A DNA stretch of 64,000 nt from contig OZ024744.1 of assembly GCA_964016885.1 (NCBI GenBank), forward strand, positions 132,680,001 through 132,744,000, written 5' to 3'. The position numbers and the translations under genes are program-made. Positions within the stretch are counted from its first letter, which is position 1; every line of letters begins with the position of its first letter. This stretch comes from Eledone cirrhosa. Its lineage: Eukaryota. Positions 51,934-63,251 of the stretch are shown piece by piece. The notes beneath the pieces are model-generated. The model did no database searches and was not told where the DNA came from. It saw nothing but the letters and a program-made list of their open reading frames with translations.

Positions 51934-54542
51934 AGTCGGAGTTAAGTTAAGTTGGGGTTAAGCTAAGTTGGGGGTAAGTTAAGTTGGGGGTAAGTTAAAT
52001 TGGGGTTAAGTTAAGTTGGGGTTGAGTGAAGTTGGGGTTAAGTTAAGTTGGGGTTAAGTTAAGTTAGGGTTAATTTAAGTTGGGGTTAAGTTAAGTTGGG
52101 GTTAACTTAAGTTGGGGTTAAGTTAAGTTGGGGTTAATTTAGGTTGTGGTTAAGTTAAGTTGGGGTTAAGATAAGTTGGGGTTAAGTTAAATTGAGATTA
52201 AGTTAACTTGGGTTTGAGTTAAGTTGGGGATAAGTCAAGTGGTGGTTATGTTAAGTTGGGGTTAAGTTAAGTTGGGGTTAAATTAAGTTGGGGTTAAGTT
52301 AAGTTGGGTGTAAGCTAAGTTGGGGTTGAGTGAAGTTGGGGTTAAGTTAAGTTGGGGTTAAGTAGAGTTGGGGTTAAGTTAAGTTGGGGTTAATTTAAGT
52401 TGGTGTTAAGTTGGGGTTAAGTTAAGTTGGGGTTAAGTTAAGTTGGGGTTGAGTGAAGTTGGGGTTAAGTTAAGTTGGGGTTAAATTAAGTTGGGGTTAA
52501 CTTAAGTTGGGTTTAAGTTAAGTTGCGGTTAAGTTAAGTTGGGGTTAAGTTAAGTTGGGGTTAAGTTAAGTCGGGGTTAAGTTAAGTTGGGGTTGAGTTA
52601 AGTTGGGGTTATTTTAAGTTGAGGTTATGTTAAGTTGGGGTTAATTTAAGTTGGGGTTAAGTTAAGTTGGGGTTAATTTAAGTTGGGGTTAAGTTCAGTT
52701 GGGGTTAATTTAAGTTGGGGTTAAGTTAAGTTGGGTTTAAGTTAAGTTGGGGTTAAGTTAAGTTGGGGTTAAGTTAAGTTGGGTTTAAGTTAAGTTGGGG
52801 CTAAGTTAAGTTGGGTCTAATTTGAGTTGGGGTTAAGTTAAGTTGGGGTTAAGTTAAGTTGAGGTTAAATTAAGTTGGGGTTAATTAAGTTGGGGTTAAG
52901 TTAAGTTGGGGTTAAGTTAAGTTGAGGTTAAGTTAACTTGGGCTTAAGTTAAGTTGGGGTTAAGTTAAGTTGGGGTTGAGTTAAGTTGGGGTTGAGTTAA
53001 GTTGGGGTTAAGTTAAGTTGGGGTTAAGTTAAGTTGGGGTTAAGTTAAGTTGGGGTTAATTAAGTTGGGGTTAAGTTAAGTTGGGGTTAAGTTAAGTTGA
53101 GGTTAAGTTAACTTGGGCTTAAGTTAAGTTGGGGTTAAGTTAAGTTGGGGTTGAGTTAAGTTGGGGTTGAGTTAAGTTGGGGTTAAGTTAAGTTGGGGTT
53201 AAGTTAAGTTGGGGTTAAGTTAAGTTGGGGTTAATTTAAGTTCGGGTTAAGTTAAGTTCGGGGTAAGCTAAGTTGGGGTTCAGTTAAATCGGGTCTAAGT
53301 TAAGTGGGAGGTTAAGTTAAGTTGGGGTTGAGTTAAGTTGGGGTTAAGTAGAGTTGAGGTTAAGTTAAGTTGGGGTTAAGTTAAGTTGGTGTTAAGTTGG
53401 GGTTAAGTTAAGTTGGGGTTAAGTTGGGGTTAAGTTAAGTGGTGGTTATGTTAAGTTGGGGTTAAGTTAAGTTAGGCTTAACTTAAGTTGGGCTTAAGTT
53501 AAGTTGGGGGTAAGTTAAGTTGGGGGTAAGTTAAGTTGGGGTTAAGTTAAGTTGGGGTTAAGTTAAGTGGTGGTTATGTTAAGTTGGGGTTAAGTTAAGT
53601 TGGGGTTAAATTAAGTTGGGGTTAAGTTAAGTTGGGTGTAAGTTAAGTTGGGGTTGAGTGAAGTTGGGGTTAAGTTAAGTTGGGGTTAAGTAGAGTTGGG
53701 GTTAAGTTAAGTTGGGGTTAAGTTAAGTTGGTGTTAAGTTGGGGTTAAGTTAAGTTGGGGTTAAGTTGGGGTTAAGTTAAGTGGTGGTTATGTTAAGTTG
53801 GGGTTAACTTAAGTTGGGGTTAATTTAAATTGGGGTTAAGTTAACTTTGTGGTTAAGTTAAGTTGGGGTTAAGTTAAGTTGGGGTTAAGTTAAGTTGGGG
53901 TTGAGGGAAGTTGGGGTTAAGTTAAGTTGGGGTTGAGTGAAGTTGGGGTTAAGTTAAGTTGGGGTTAAGTTAAGTTAGGGTTAATTTAAGTTGGGGTTAA
54001 GTTAAGTTGGGGTTAACTTAAGTTGGGGTTAAGTTAAGTTGGGGTTAATTTAGGTTGGGGTTAAGTTAAGTTGGGGTTAAGATAAGTTGGGGTTAAGTTA
54101 AATTGAGATTAAGTTAACTTGGGTTTGAGTTAAGTTGGGGATAATTTAAGTTGGGGTTAAGTTAAGTTGGGGTTAATTTAAGTTGGGTTTAAGTTAAGTT
54201 GGGGTTGAGTTAAGTTGGGGTTAATTCAAGTTGGGGCTAAGTTAAGTTGGGGCTGAGTTAAGTTGGGGTTAAGTTAAGTTGGGGTTAACTTAAGTTGGGG
54301 TTAAGTTAAGTTGGGGTTAATTTAGGTTGGGGTTAATTTAAGTTGGGGTTAAGCTAAGTTGGGGTTAAGTTAAATTGAGGTTAAGTTAAGTTGGGTTTAA
54401 GTTAAGTTGGGGCTAAGTTAAGTTAGGGCTAAGTTAATTTGGGTTTAAGTTAAGTTGGGGCTAAGTTAAGTTGGGTCTAAGTTAAGTTGGGGTTAAGTTA
54501 AGTTGGGGTTAAGTTAAGTTGGGGTTAGGTTAAGTTGGGGTT

Positions 54543-54774
54543 AACCCCAACTTAACTTAACCCCAACTTAACATAACCCCAACTTCACTCAACCCCAACT
54601 TAACTTAACCCCAACTTCACTCAACCCCAACTTAACTCAACCCCAACTTAACTTAACCCCAACTTAACTTAACCCCAACTTAACTTAACCCTAACTTAAC
54701 TTAACCCCGACTTAACGTAACCCCGACTTAACTTAACCCCAACTTAACTTACCCCCAACTTAACTTAACCCCAA
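54543..54774 (-). repeat. Inverted satellite A island (~232 bp, distinct variant set)
   Basis: Palindromic entry at 54542/54543, variants ACATAACCCC and TTAACGTAACCCC, exit CCCCAAAGTCGGAG. Confidence 0.94.
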
Positions 54775-56431
54775 AGTCGGAGTTAAGTTAAGTTGGGGTT
54801 AAGGTAAGTTAGGCTTAACTTAAGTTGGGGTTAAGTTAAGTTGGGGGTAAGTTAAGTTGGGGTTAAGTTAAGTTGGGGTTAAGTTAAGTGGTGGTTATGT
54901 TAAGTTAGGGTTAAGTTAAGTTGGGGTTAAATTAAGTTGGGGTTAAGTTAAGTTGGGTGTAAGTTAAGTTGGGGTTGAGTGAAGTTGGGGTTAAGTTAAG
55001 TTGGGGTTAAGTAGAGTTGGGGTTAAGTTAAGTTGGGGTTAAGTTAAGTTGGTGTTAAGTTGGGGTTAAGTTAAGTTGGGGTTAAGTTAAGTTGGGGTTG
55101 AGTGAAGTTGGGGTTAAGTTAAGTTGGGGTTAAGTTAAGTTGGGGTTAACTTAAGTTGGGTTTAAGTTAAGTTGCGGTTAAGTTAAGTTGGGGTTGAGTG
55201 AAGTTGGGGTTAAGTTAAGTTGGGGTTATGTTAAGTTGGGGTTAATTTAAGTTGGGGTTAAGTTAAGTTGGGGTTAATTTAAGTTGGCGTTAAGTTAAGT
55301 TGGGTTTAAGTTAAGTTGGGGTTAAGTTAAGTTGGGGTTAAGTTAAGTTGGGTTTAAGTTAAGTTGGGGCTAAGTTAAGTTGGGTCTAAGTTGAGTTGGG
55401 GTTAAGTTAAGTTGGGGTTAAGTTAAGTTGAGGTTAAATTAAGTTGGGGTTAATTAAGTTGGGGTTAAGTTAAGTTGGGGTTAAGTTAAGTTGAGGTTAA
55501 GTTAACTTGGGGTTAAGTTAAGTTGGGGTTAAGTTAAGTTGGGGTTGAGTTAAGTTGGGGTTGAGTTAAGTTGGGGTTAAGTTAAATTGGGTCTAAGTTA
55601 AGTGGGGGGTTAAGTTAAGTTGGGGTTGAGTTAAGTTGTGGTTAAGTTAACTTGGGGTTAAGTTAAGTTAAGTTTGAGTTAAGTTGGGGTTAAGTTGGGG
55701 TTAAGTTAAGTTGGGGTTAAGTTAAGTTGGGGTTAAGTTAAGTTGGGGATAAGTTGAGGTTAAGTTAAGTTGTGGTTAAGTTAAGTTGGGGCTAAGTTAA
55801 GTTGGGGCTAAGTTAAGTTGGGGTTAAGTTAAGTTGGGGTTAATTTAAGTTGGGGTTAGGTTAAGTTGGGGATAAGTTAAGTTGGGGATAAGTTAAGTTG
55901 GGGTTAAGTTAAGTTGGGTTTAAGTTAAGCTGGGGTTAAGTTAAGTTGGGGTTAAATTAAGTTGGGGTTAAGTTAAGTTTGGGTTAGTTTAAGTTGGGGA
56001 TAAGTTAAGTTGGGGATAAGTTAAGTTGGGGTTAAGTTAAGTTGGGTTTAAGTTAAGTTGGGGTTAAGTTAAGTTGGGGTTAAGTTAAGTTGGGGTTAAG
56101 TTAAGTTGCGGTTAGTTAAGTTGAGTTTAAGTTAAGTTGGGGTTAATTTAAGTTGGGGTTAAGTTAAGTTGGGGTTCAGTTAAGTTGGGGATAAGTCAAG
56201 TTGGGGTTAAGTTAAGTTGGGGTTAAGTTAAGTTGGGGTTAGGTTAAGTTGGGGATAATTTAAGTTGGGGATAAGCTAAGTTGGGGTTAAGTTAAGTTGG
56301 GTTTAAGTTAAGTTGGGGTTAAGTTAAGTTGGGGTTAAATTAAGTTGGGGTTAAGTTAAGCTGGGGTTAAATTAAGTTGGGGTTATGTTAAGTTGGGGTT
56401 AAGTTAAGTTGGGGTTAGTTTAAGTGGGGTT

Positions 56432-56776
56432 AACCCCAACTTAACTTAACCCCAACTTAACTTAACCCCAACTTCACTCAACCCCAACTTAAATTAACCC
56501 CAACTTCACTCAACCCCAACTTAACTCAACCCCAACTTAAATTAACCCCAACTTAACTTAACCCTGACTTAACTTAACCCCGACTTAACTTAACCCCGAC
56601 TTAACTTAACCCCAACTTAACTTAAACCCCAACTTAACTTAACCCCAACTTAACTTAACCCCAACTTGACTTAACCCCAACTTAACTCACACCTAACTTA
56701 ACTTACCCCCAACTTAACTTAACCACAACTTGACGTAAACCCAACTTAACTTAACCCCAACTTAACTTAACCCCAA
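56432..56776 (-). repeat. Inverted satellite A island, type I (~345 bp)
   Basis: Matches 1442-1786. Confidence 0.95.
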
Positions 56777-57862
56777 AGTCGGAGTTCAGTTAAGTGGGGG
56801 TTCAGTTAAGTTAGGCTTAACTTAAGTTGGGGTTAAGTTAAGTTGGGGGTAAGTTAAGTTGGGGGTAAGTTAAGTTGGGGTTAAGTTAAGTTGGGGTTAA
56901 GTTGGGGTTAAGTTAAGTTAGGGTTAAGTTAAGTTGGGGTTGAGTTAAGTTGAGGTTAAGTTAAGTGGTGGTTATGTTAAGTTGGGGTTAAGTTAAGTTG
57001 GGGTTAAGTTAAGTGGGGTTAACTTAAGTTGGGTGTAAGTTAAGTTGGGGTTGAGTGAAGTTGGGGTTAAGTTAAGTTGGGGTTAAGTTAAGTTAGGGTT
57101 AATTTAAGTTGGGGTTATGTTAAGTTGGTGTTAAGTTAAGTTGGGGTTAAGTCGAGTTGGGGTTAAGTTAAGTTGGGGTTAAGTTAAATTGGTGTTAAGT
57201 TAAGTTGGGGTTAAGTTAAGTTGGGGTTAGTTAAGTTGAGTTTAAGTTAAGTTGGGGTTAATTTAAGTTGGGGTTAAGTTAAGTTGGCTTTAAGTTAAGC
57301 TGGGGTTAAGTTAAGTTGGGGTTAAATTAAGTTGGGGTTAAGTTAAGTTGGGGTTAGGTTAAGTTTGGGTTAGGTTAAGTTGGGCTTAAATTAAGTTGGG
57401 GTTAAGTTAAGTTGGGGTTAAGTTAAGTTTGGGTTAGGTTAAGTTGGGGATTAGTTAAGTTGGGGATAAGTTAAGTTGGGGTTAAGTTAAGTTGGGTTTA
57501 AGTTAAGTTGTGGTTAAGTTAAGTTGGGGTTAAGTTGGGGGTTAAGTTAAGTTGGGGTTAGTTAAGTTTAGTTTAAGTTAAGTTGGGGTTAATTTAAGTT
57601 GGGGTTAAGTTAAGTTGGGGTTCAGTTAAGTTGGGGATAAGTCAAGTTGGGGTTAAGTTAAGTTGGGGTTAAGTTAAGTTGGGGTTAGGTTAAGTTGGGG
57701 TTAAGTTAAGTTGGGGATAAGCTAAGTTGGGGTTAAGTTAAGTTGGGTTTAAGTTAAGTTGGGGTTAAGTTAAGTTGGGGTTAAATTAAGTTGGAGATAA
57801 GTTAAGCTGGGGTTAAATTAAGTTGGGGTTAAGTTAAGTTGGGGTTAGGTTAAGTTGGGGTT

Positions 57863-58158
57863 AACCCCAACTTAACTTAACCCCAACTTAACTTAGCCCC
57901 AACTTCACTCAACCCCAACTTAACTTAACCCCAACTTCACTCAACCCCAACTTAACTCAACCCCAACTTAAGTTAACCCCTACTTAACTTAACCCTAACT
58001 TAACTTAACCCCGACTTAACTTAACCCCGACTTAACTTAACCCCAACTTAACTTAACCCCAACTTAACTTAACCCCAACTTAACTTAATCCCAACTTGAC
58101 TTAACCCCAACTTAACTCACACCCAACTTAACTTACCCCCAACTTAACTTAACCCCAA
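57863..58158 (-). repeat. Inverted satellite A island, type III (~296 bp)
   Basis: Matches 5768-6063 (TTAGCCCC variant, AAAATCGGAGTTAC exit). Confidence 0.95.
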
Positions 58159-61100
58159 AATCGGAGTTACTTTAAGTTGGGGTTAATTTAAGTTAGGCTT
58201 AACTTAAGTTGGGCTTAAGTTAAGTTGGGGGTAAGTTAAGTTGGGGGTAAGTTAAGTTGGGGTTAAGTTAAGTTGGGGTTAAGTTAAGTGGTGGTTATGT
58301 TAAGTTGGGGTTAAGTTAAGTTGGGGTTAAATTAAGTTGGGGTTAAGTTAAGTTGGGTGTAAGTTAAGTTGGGGTTGAGTGAAGTTGGGGTTAAGTTAAG
58401 TTGGGGTTAAGTAGAGTTGGGGTTAAGTTAAGTTGGGGTTAAGTTAAGTTGGTGTTAAGTTGGGGTTAAGTTGGGGTTAAGTTAAGTGGTGGTTATGTTA
58501 AGTTGGGGTTAACTTAAGTTGGGGTTAATTTAAATTGGGGTTAAGTTAACTTTGTGGTTAAGTTAAGTTGGGGTTAAGTTAAGTTGGGGTTAAGTTAAGT
58601 TGGGGTTGAATGAAGTTGGGGTTAAGTTAAGTTGGGGTTAACTTAAGTTGGGTTTAAGTTAAGTTGCGGTTAAGTTAAGTTGGGGTTAAGTTAAGTTGGG
58701 GTTAAGTTAAGTCGGGGTTAAGTTAAGTTGGGGTTGAGTTAAGTTGGGGTTAATTTAAGTTGAGGTTATGTTAAGTTGGGGTTAATTTAAGTTGGGGTTA
58801 AGTTAAGTTGGGGTTAAGTTAAGTTGGGGTTAATTTAAGTTGGGGTTAAGTTCAGTTGGGGTTAATTTAAGTTGGGGTTAAGTTAAGTTGGGTTTAAGTT
58901 AAGTTGGGGTTAAATTAAGTTGGGGTTAAATTAAGTTGGGGTTAAGTTAAGTTGGGGTTAGGTTAAGTTGGGGATAAGTTAAGTTGGGGATAAGCTAAGT
59001 TGGGGTTAAGTTAAGTTGGGTTTAAGTTAAGTTGGGGTTAAGTTAAGTCGGGGTTATGTTAAGTCGGTGTTAAGTTAAGTTAGGGTTAAGTTAAGTTAGG
59101 GTTAAGTTAAGTTGGGGTTAAGTTAAGTTGGGGTTAAGTTAAGTTGGGGTTGAGTTAAGTTGGGGTTACTTCAAGTTGGGGCTAAGTTAAGTTGGGGTTA
59201 AGTTAAGTTAGGGTTAATTTAAGTTGGGGTTATGTTAAGTTGGGGTTAAGTTAAGTTGGGGTTAAGTAGAGTTGGGGTTAATTTAAGTTGGGGCTAAGTT
59301 AAGTTGGTGTTAAGTTGGGGTTAATTTAAGTGGTGGTTATGTTAAGTTGGGGTTAAGTTAAGTTGGGGTTAATTTAAATTGGGGTTAAGTTAACTTTGTG
59401 GTTAAGTTAAGTTGGAGTTAAGTTAAGTTGGAGTTAAGTTAAGTTGGGGTTGAGTGAAGTTGGGGTTAAGTTAAGTTGGGGTTAACTTATGTTGGGTTTG
59501 AGTTAAGTTGCGGTTAAGTTAAGTTGGGGTTAAGTTAAGTTGGGGTTAAGTTAAGTCGGGGTTAAGTTAAGTTGGGGTTGAGTTAAGTTGGGGTTAATTT
59601 AAGTTGAGGTTATTTTAAGTTGGGGTTAAGTTAAGTTGGGGTTAAGTTAAGTTGGGGTTAAGTTAAGTTTGGATTAATTTAAGTTGGGGTTAAGTTAAGT
59701 TGGGGTTAATTTAAGTTGGGGTTAAGTTAAGTTTAGGTTAAGTTAAGTTGGGGTTAAATTAAGTTGGGGTTAAGTTAAGTTGGGGTTAAGTTAAGTTGGG
59801 GTTAGGTTAAGTTGGGGATAAGTTAAGTTGGGGATGAGTTAAGTTGGGGTTAAGTTAAGTTGGGTTTAAGTTAAGTTGGGGTTAAGTTAAGTTGGGGTTT
59901 AATTAAGTTGGGGTTGAGTTAAGTTGGGGTTGACTTAAGTTGGGCTTAAGTTAAGTTGGGGTTAAGTTAAGATGGGGTTAAGTTAAGTTGGGGTTAAGTT
60001 AAGTTGGGGTTAAATTAAGTTGGGGTTAAGTTAAGTTGGGGGTAAGGTAAGTTGGTGGTAAGTTAAGTTGGGGGTAAGTTAAGATGGGGCTAAGTTAAGT
60101 TGGGGTTAAGTTAATTTGGGGTTAAGTTAAGTTAGGGTTAAGTTAAGTTGGGGTTGACTTAAGTTGGGGTTAAGTTAAGTTGGGGTTATGTTAAGTTGGG
60201 TTTAAGTTAAGTTGGGGTTAAGTTAAGTTGGGGTTAAGTTAAGTTGCGGTTAAGTTAAGTTGGGGTTTAGTTAAGTTGGGGTTAAGTTAAGTTGGGGTTA
60301 AGTTAAGTTGGGGTTAATTTAAGTTGGGGTTAAATTAAGTTGAGGTTAATTTAAGTTGGGGGTTAAGATAAGTTGGGGTTAAGTTAAGTTGGGGTTAAAT
60401 TAAGTTGGGGTTAAGTTAAGTTGGGGTTAATTTAAGTTGGGGTTAAGTTAAGTTGGGGTTAAGTTAAGTTGGGGGTAAGTTAAGTTGGGGGTAAGTTAAG
60501 TTGGGTGTAAGTTAAGATGGGGTTAAGTTAAGTTGGGGTTAAGTTATTTTGGGGTTAAGTTAAGTTGGGTTAAGTTGGGGTTAAGTTAAGTTAGGGTTAA
60601 GTTAAGTTGGGGTTGAGTTAAGTTGGGGTTAAGTTAAGAGGTGGTTATGTTCAGTTGGGGTTAAGTTAAGTTGGGGTTAAGTTAAGTTGGGGTTAAGTTA
60701 AGTTGGGGTTAAGATAAGTTGGGGTTAAGTTAAGTTGGGGTTAAGTTAAGTTGGTGTTAAGTTGGGGTTAAGTTAAGTTGGGGTTAAGTTAAGTTGGGGT
60801 TAAATTAAGTTGGGATTAAGTTAAGTTGGGTGTACGTTAAGTTGGGGTTGACTGAAGTTGGGGTTAAGTTAAGTTGGAGTTAAGTAGAGTTGGGGTTAAT
60901 TTAAGTTGGGGTTAAGTTAAGTTGGTGTTAAGTTGGGGTTAAGTTAAGTTGGGGTTAAGTTGGGGTTAAGTTAAGTGGTGGTTATGTTAAGTTGGGGTTA
61001 AGTTAAGTTGGGGTTAATTTAAATTGGGGTTAAGTTAACTTTGTGGTTAAGTTAAGTTGGAGTTAAGTTAAGTTGGGGTTAAGTTAAGTTGGGGTTGAGT

Positions 61101-63251
61101 GAAGTTGGGGTTAAGTTAAGTTGGGGTTCAGTTAAGTTGGGGTTAAGTTAAGTTGGGGTTGAGTTAAGTTGGGGTTAATTTAAGTTGAGGTTATTTTAAG
61201 TTGGGGTTAAGTTAAGTTGGGGTTAAGTTAAGTTGGGGTTAAGTTAAGTTGGGGTTAAGTTAAGTTGGGGTTAAGTTAAGTTGGGTTTAAGTTAAGTTGG
61301 GGTTAAATTAAGTTGGGGTTAAATTAAAGTGGGGTTAAGTTAAGTTGGGAGTAAGTTAAGTTGGGGGCAAGTTAAGTTGGTGTTAAGTTAAGTTGGGGTT
61401 AAGTTAAGTTGGGGTTAATTTAAGTTGGGTTTAAGTTAAGTTGGGACTAAGTTAAGTTAGGGCTAAGTTAAGTTGGGGTTAAGTTAAGTTGGGGCTAAGT
61501 TAAGTTGGGTATAAGTTGAGTTGGGGTTAAGTTAAGTTGGGGTTAAATTAAGTTGGGGTTAATTAAGTTGGGGTTAAGTTAAGTTGGGGTTAAGTTAAGT
61601 TGGGGTTAATTTAAGTTGGGGTTGTGTTAATTTGGGGTTAAGTTAAGTTGGGGTTATATTAAGTTGGGGTTAAGTTAAGTTGGGTTTAAGTTAAGTTGGG
61701 GTTAAGTTAAGTTGGGGTTAAGTTAAGTTAGGGTTAATTTAAGTTGGGGTTATGTTAAGTTGGGGTTAAGTTAAGTTGGGGTTAAGTAGAGTTGGGGTTA
61801 ATTTAAGTTGGGGTTAAGTTAAGTTGGTGTTAAGTTGGGGTTAAGTTAAGTTGGGGTTAAGTTGGGGTTAAGTTGAGTGGTGGTTATGTTAAGTTGGGGT
61901 TAAGTTAAGTTGGGGTTAATTTAAATTGGGGTTAAGTTAACTTTGTGGTTAAGTTAAGTTGGAGTTAAGTTAAGTTGGGGTTAATTTAAGTTGGGGTTGA
62001 GTGAAGTTGGGGTTAAGTTAAGTTGGGGTTAACTTAAGTTGGGGTTAAGTTAAGTTGGGGTTAAATTAAGTTGGGGTTAAATTAAGGTGGGGTTAAGTTA
62101 AGTTGGGGGTAAGTTAAGTTGGGGGCAAGTTAAGTTGGTGTTAAGTTAAGTTGGGGTTAAGTTAAGTTGGGGTTAAGTTAAGTTGGGTTTAAGTTAAGTT
62201 GGGACTAAGTTAAGTTAGGGCTAAGTTAAGTTGGGGTTAAGTTAAGTTGGGGCTAAGTTAAGTTGGGTCTAAGTTGAGTTGGGGTTAAGTTAAGTTGGGG
62301 TTAAGTTAAGTTGGGGTTAAATTAAGTTGGGGTTAATTAAGTTGGGGTTAAGTTAAGTTGGGGTTAAGTTAAGTTGGGGTTAATTTAAGTTGGGGTTGTG
62401 TTAAGTTGGGGTTAAGTTAAGTTGGGGATAAGTTAAGTTGGGGTTAAGTTAAGTTGGGGGTAAGTTAAGTTGGTGGTAAGTTAAGTTGGGGTTAAGTTAA
62501 GTTGGGGTTAATTTAAATTGGGGTTAATTTAACTTTGTGGTTAAGTTAAGTTGGGGTTTATTTAAGTTGGGTTTAAGTTAAGTTGGGGTTGAGTTAAGTT
62601 GGGGTTGAGTGAAGTTGGGGTTAAGTTAAGTCGGGGTTAAGTTAAGTTGGGGTTGAGTTAAGTCGGGGTTAATTTAAGTTGGGGCTAAGTTAATTTGTGG
62701 TTAAGTTAAGTTGGGGTTAAGTTAAGTTGGGGTTAAGTTAAGTTGGGGGTAAGTTAAGTTGGGGGCAAGTTAAGTTGGGGTTAAGTTAAGTTGCGGTTAA
62801 GTTAAGTTGGGGTTAAGTTAAGTTGGGTTTAAGTTAAGTTGGGGTTCAGTTAAGTTGGGGTTAAGTTAAGTTGGGGTTAAGTTAAGTTGGGGTTGAGTTA
62901 AGTTGGGGTTTAATTAAGTTGGGGTTGAGTTAAGTTGGGGTTGAGTTAAGTGGGGGTTGAGTTAAGTTGGGGTTAAGCTAAGTTGGGGTTAAGTTAAATT
63001 GAGGTTAAGTTAACTTGGGTTTGAGTTAAGTTGGGGTTAAGTTAAGTTGGTGTTAAGTTCAGTTCAGGTTAAGTTAACTTGGGGTTAAGTTAAGTTGGGG
63101 TTGAGTTAAGTTGGGGTTGAGTTAAGTTGGGGTTAAGTTAAGTTGGGGTTAACTTAAGTTGGGGTTAAGTTAAGTTGGGGTTAATTTAAGTTGGGGTTCA
63201 GTTAAATTGAGGTTAAGATAACTTGGGTTTGCGTTAAGATGGGGTTAAGTT

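Larger units (their letters stand above)
51759..63251 (+). repeat. Satellite A block A5 (~11.5 kb)
   Basis: 16-bp repeat with a 175-bp inverted start and three internal inverted islands. Confidence 0.97.
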
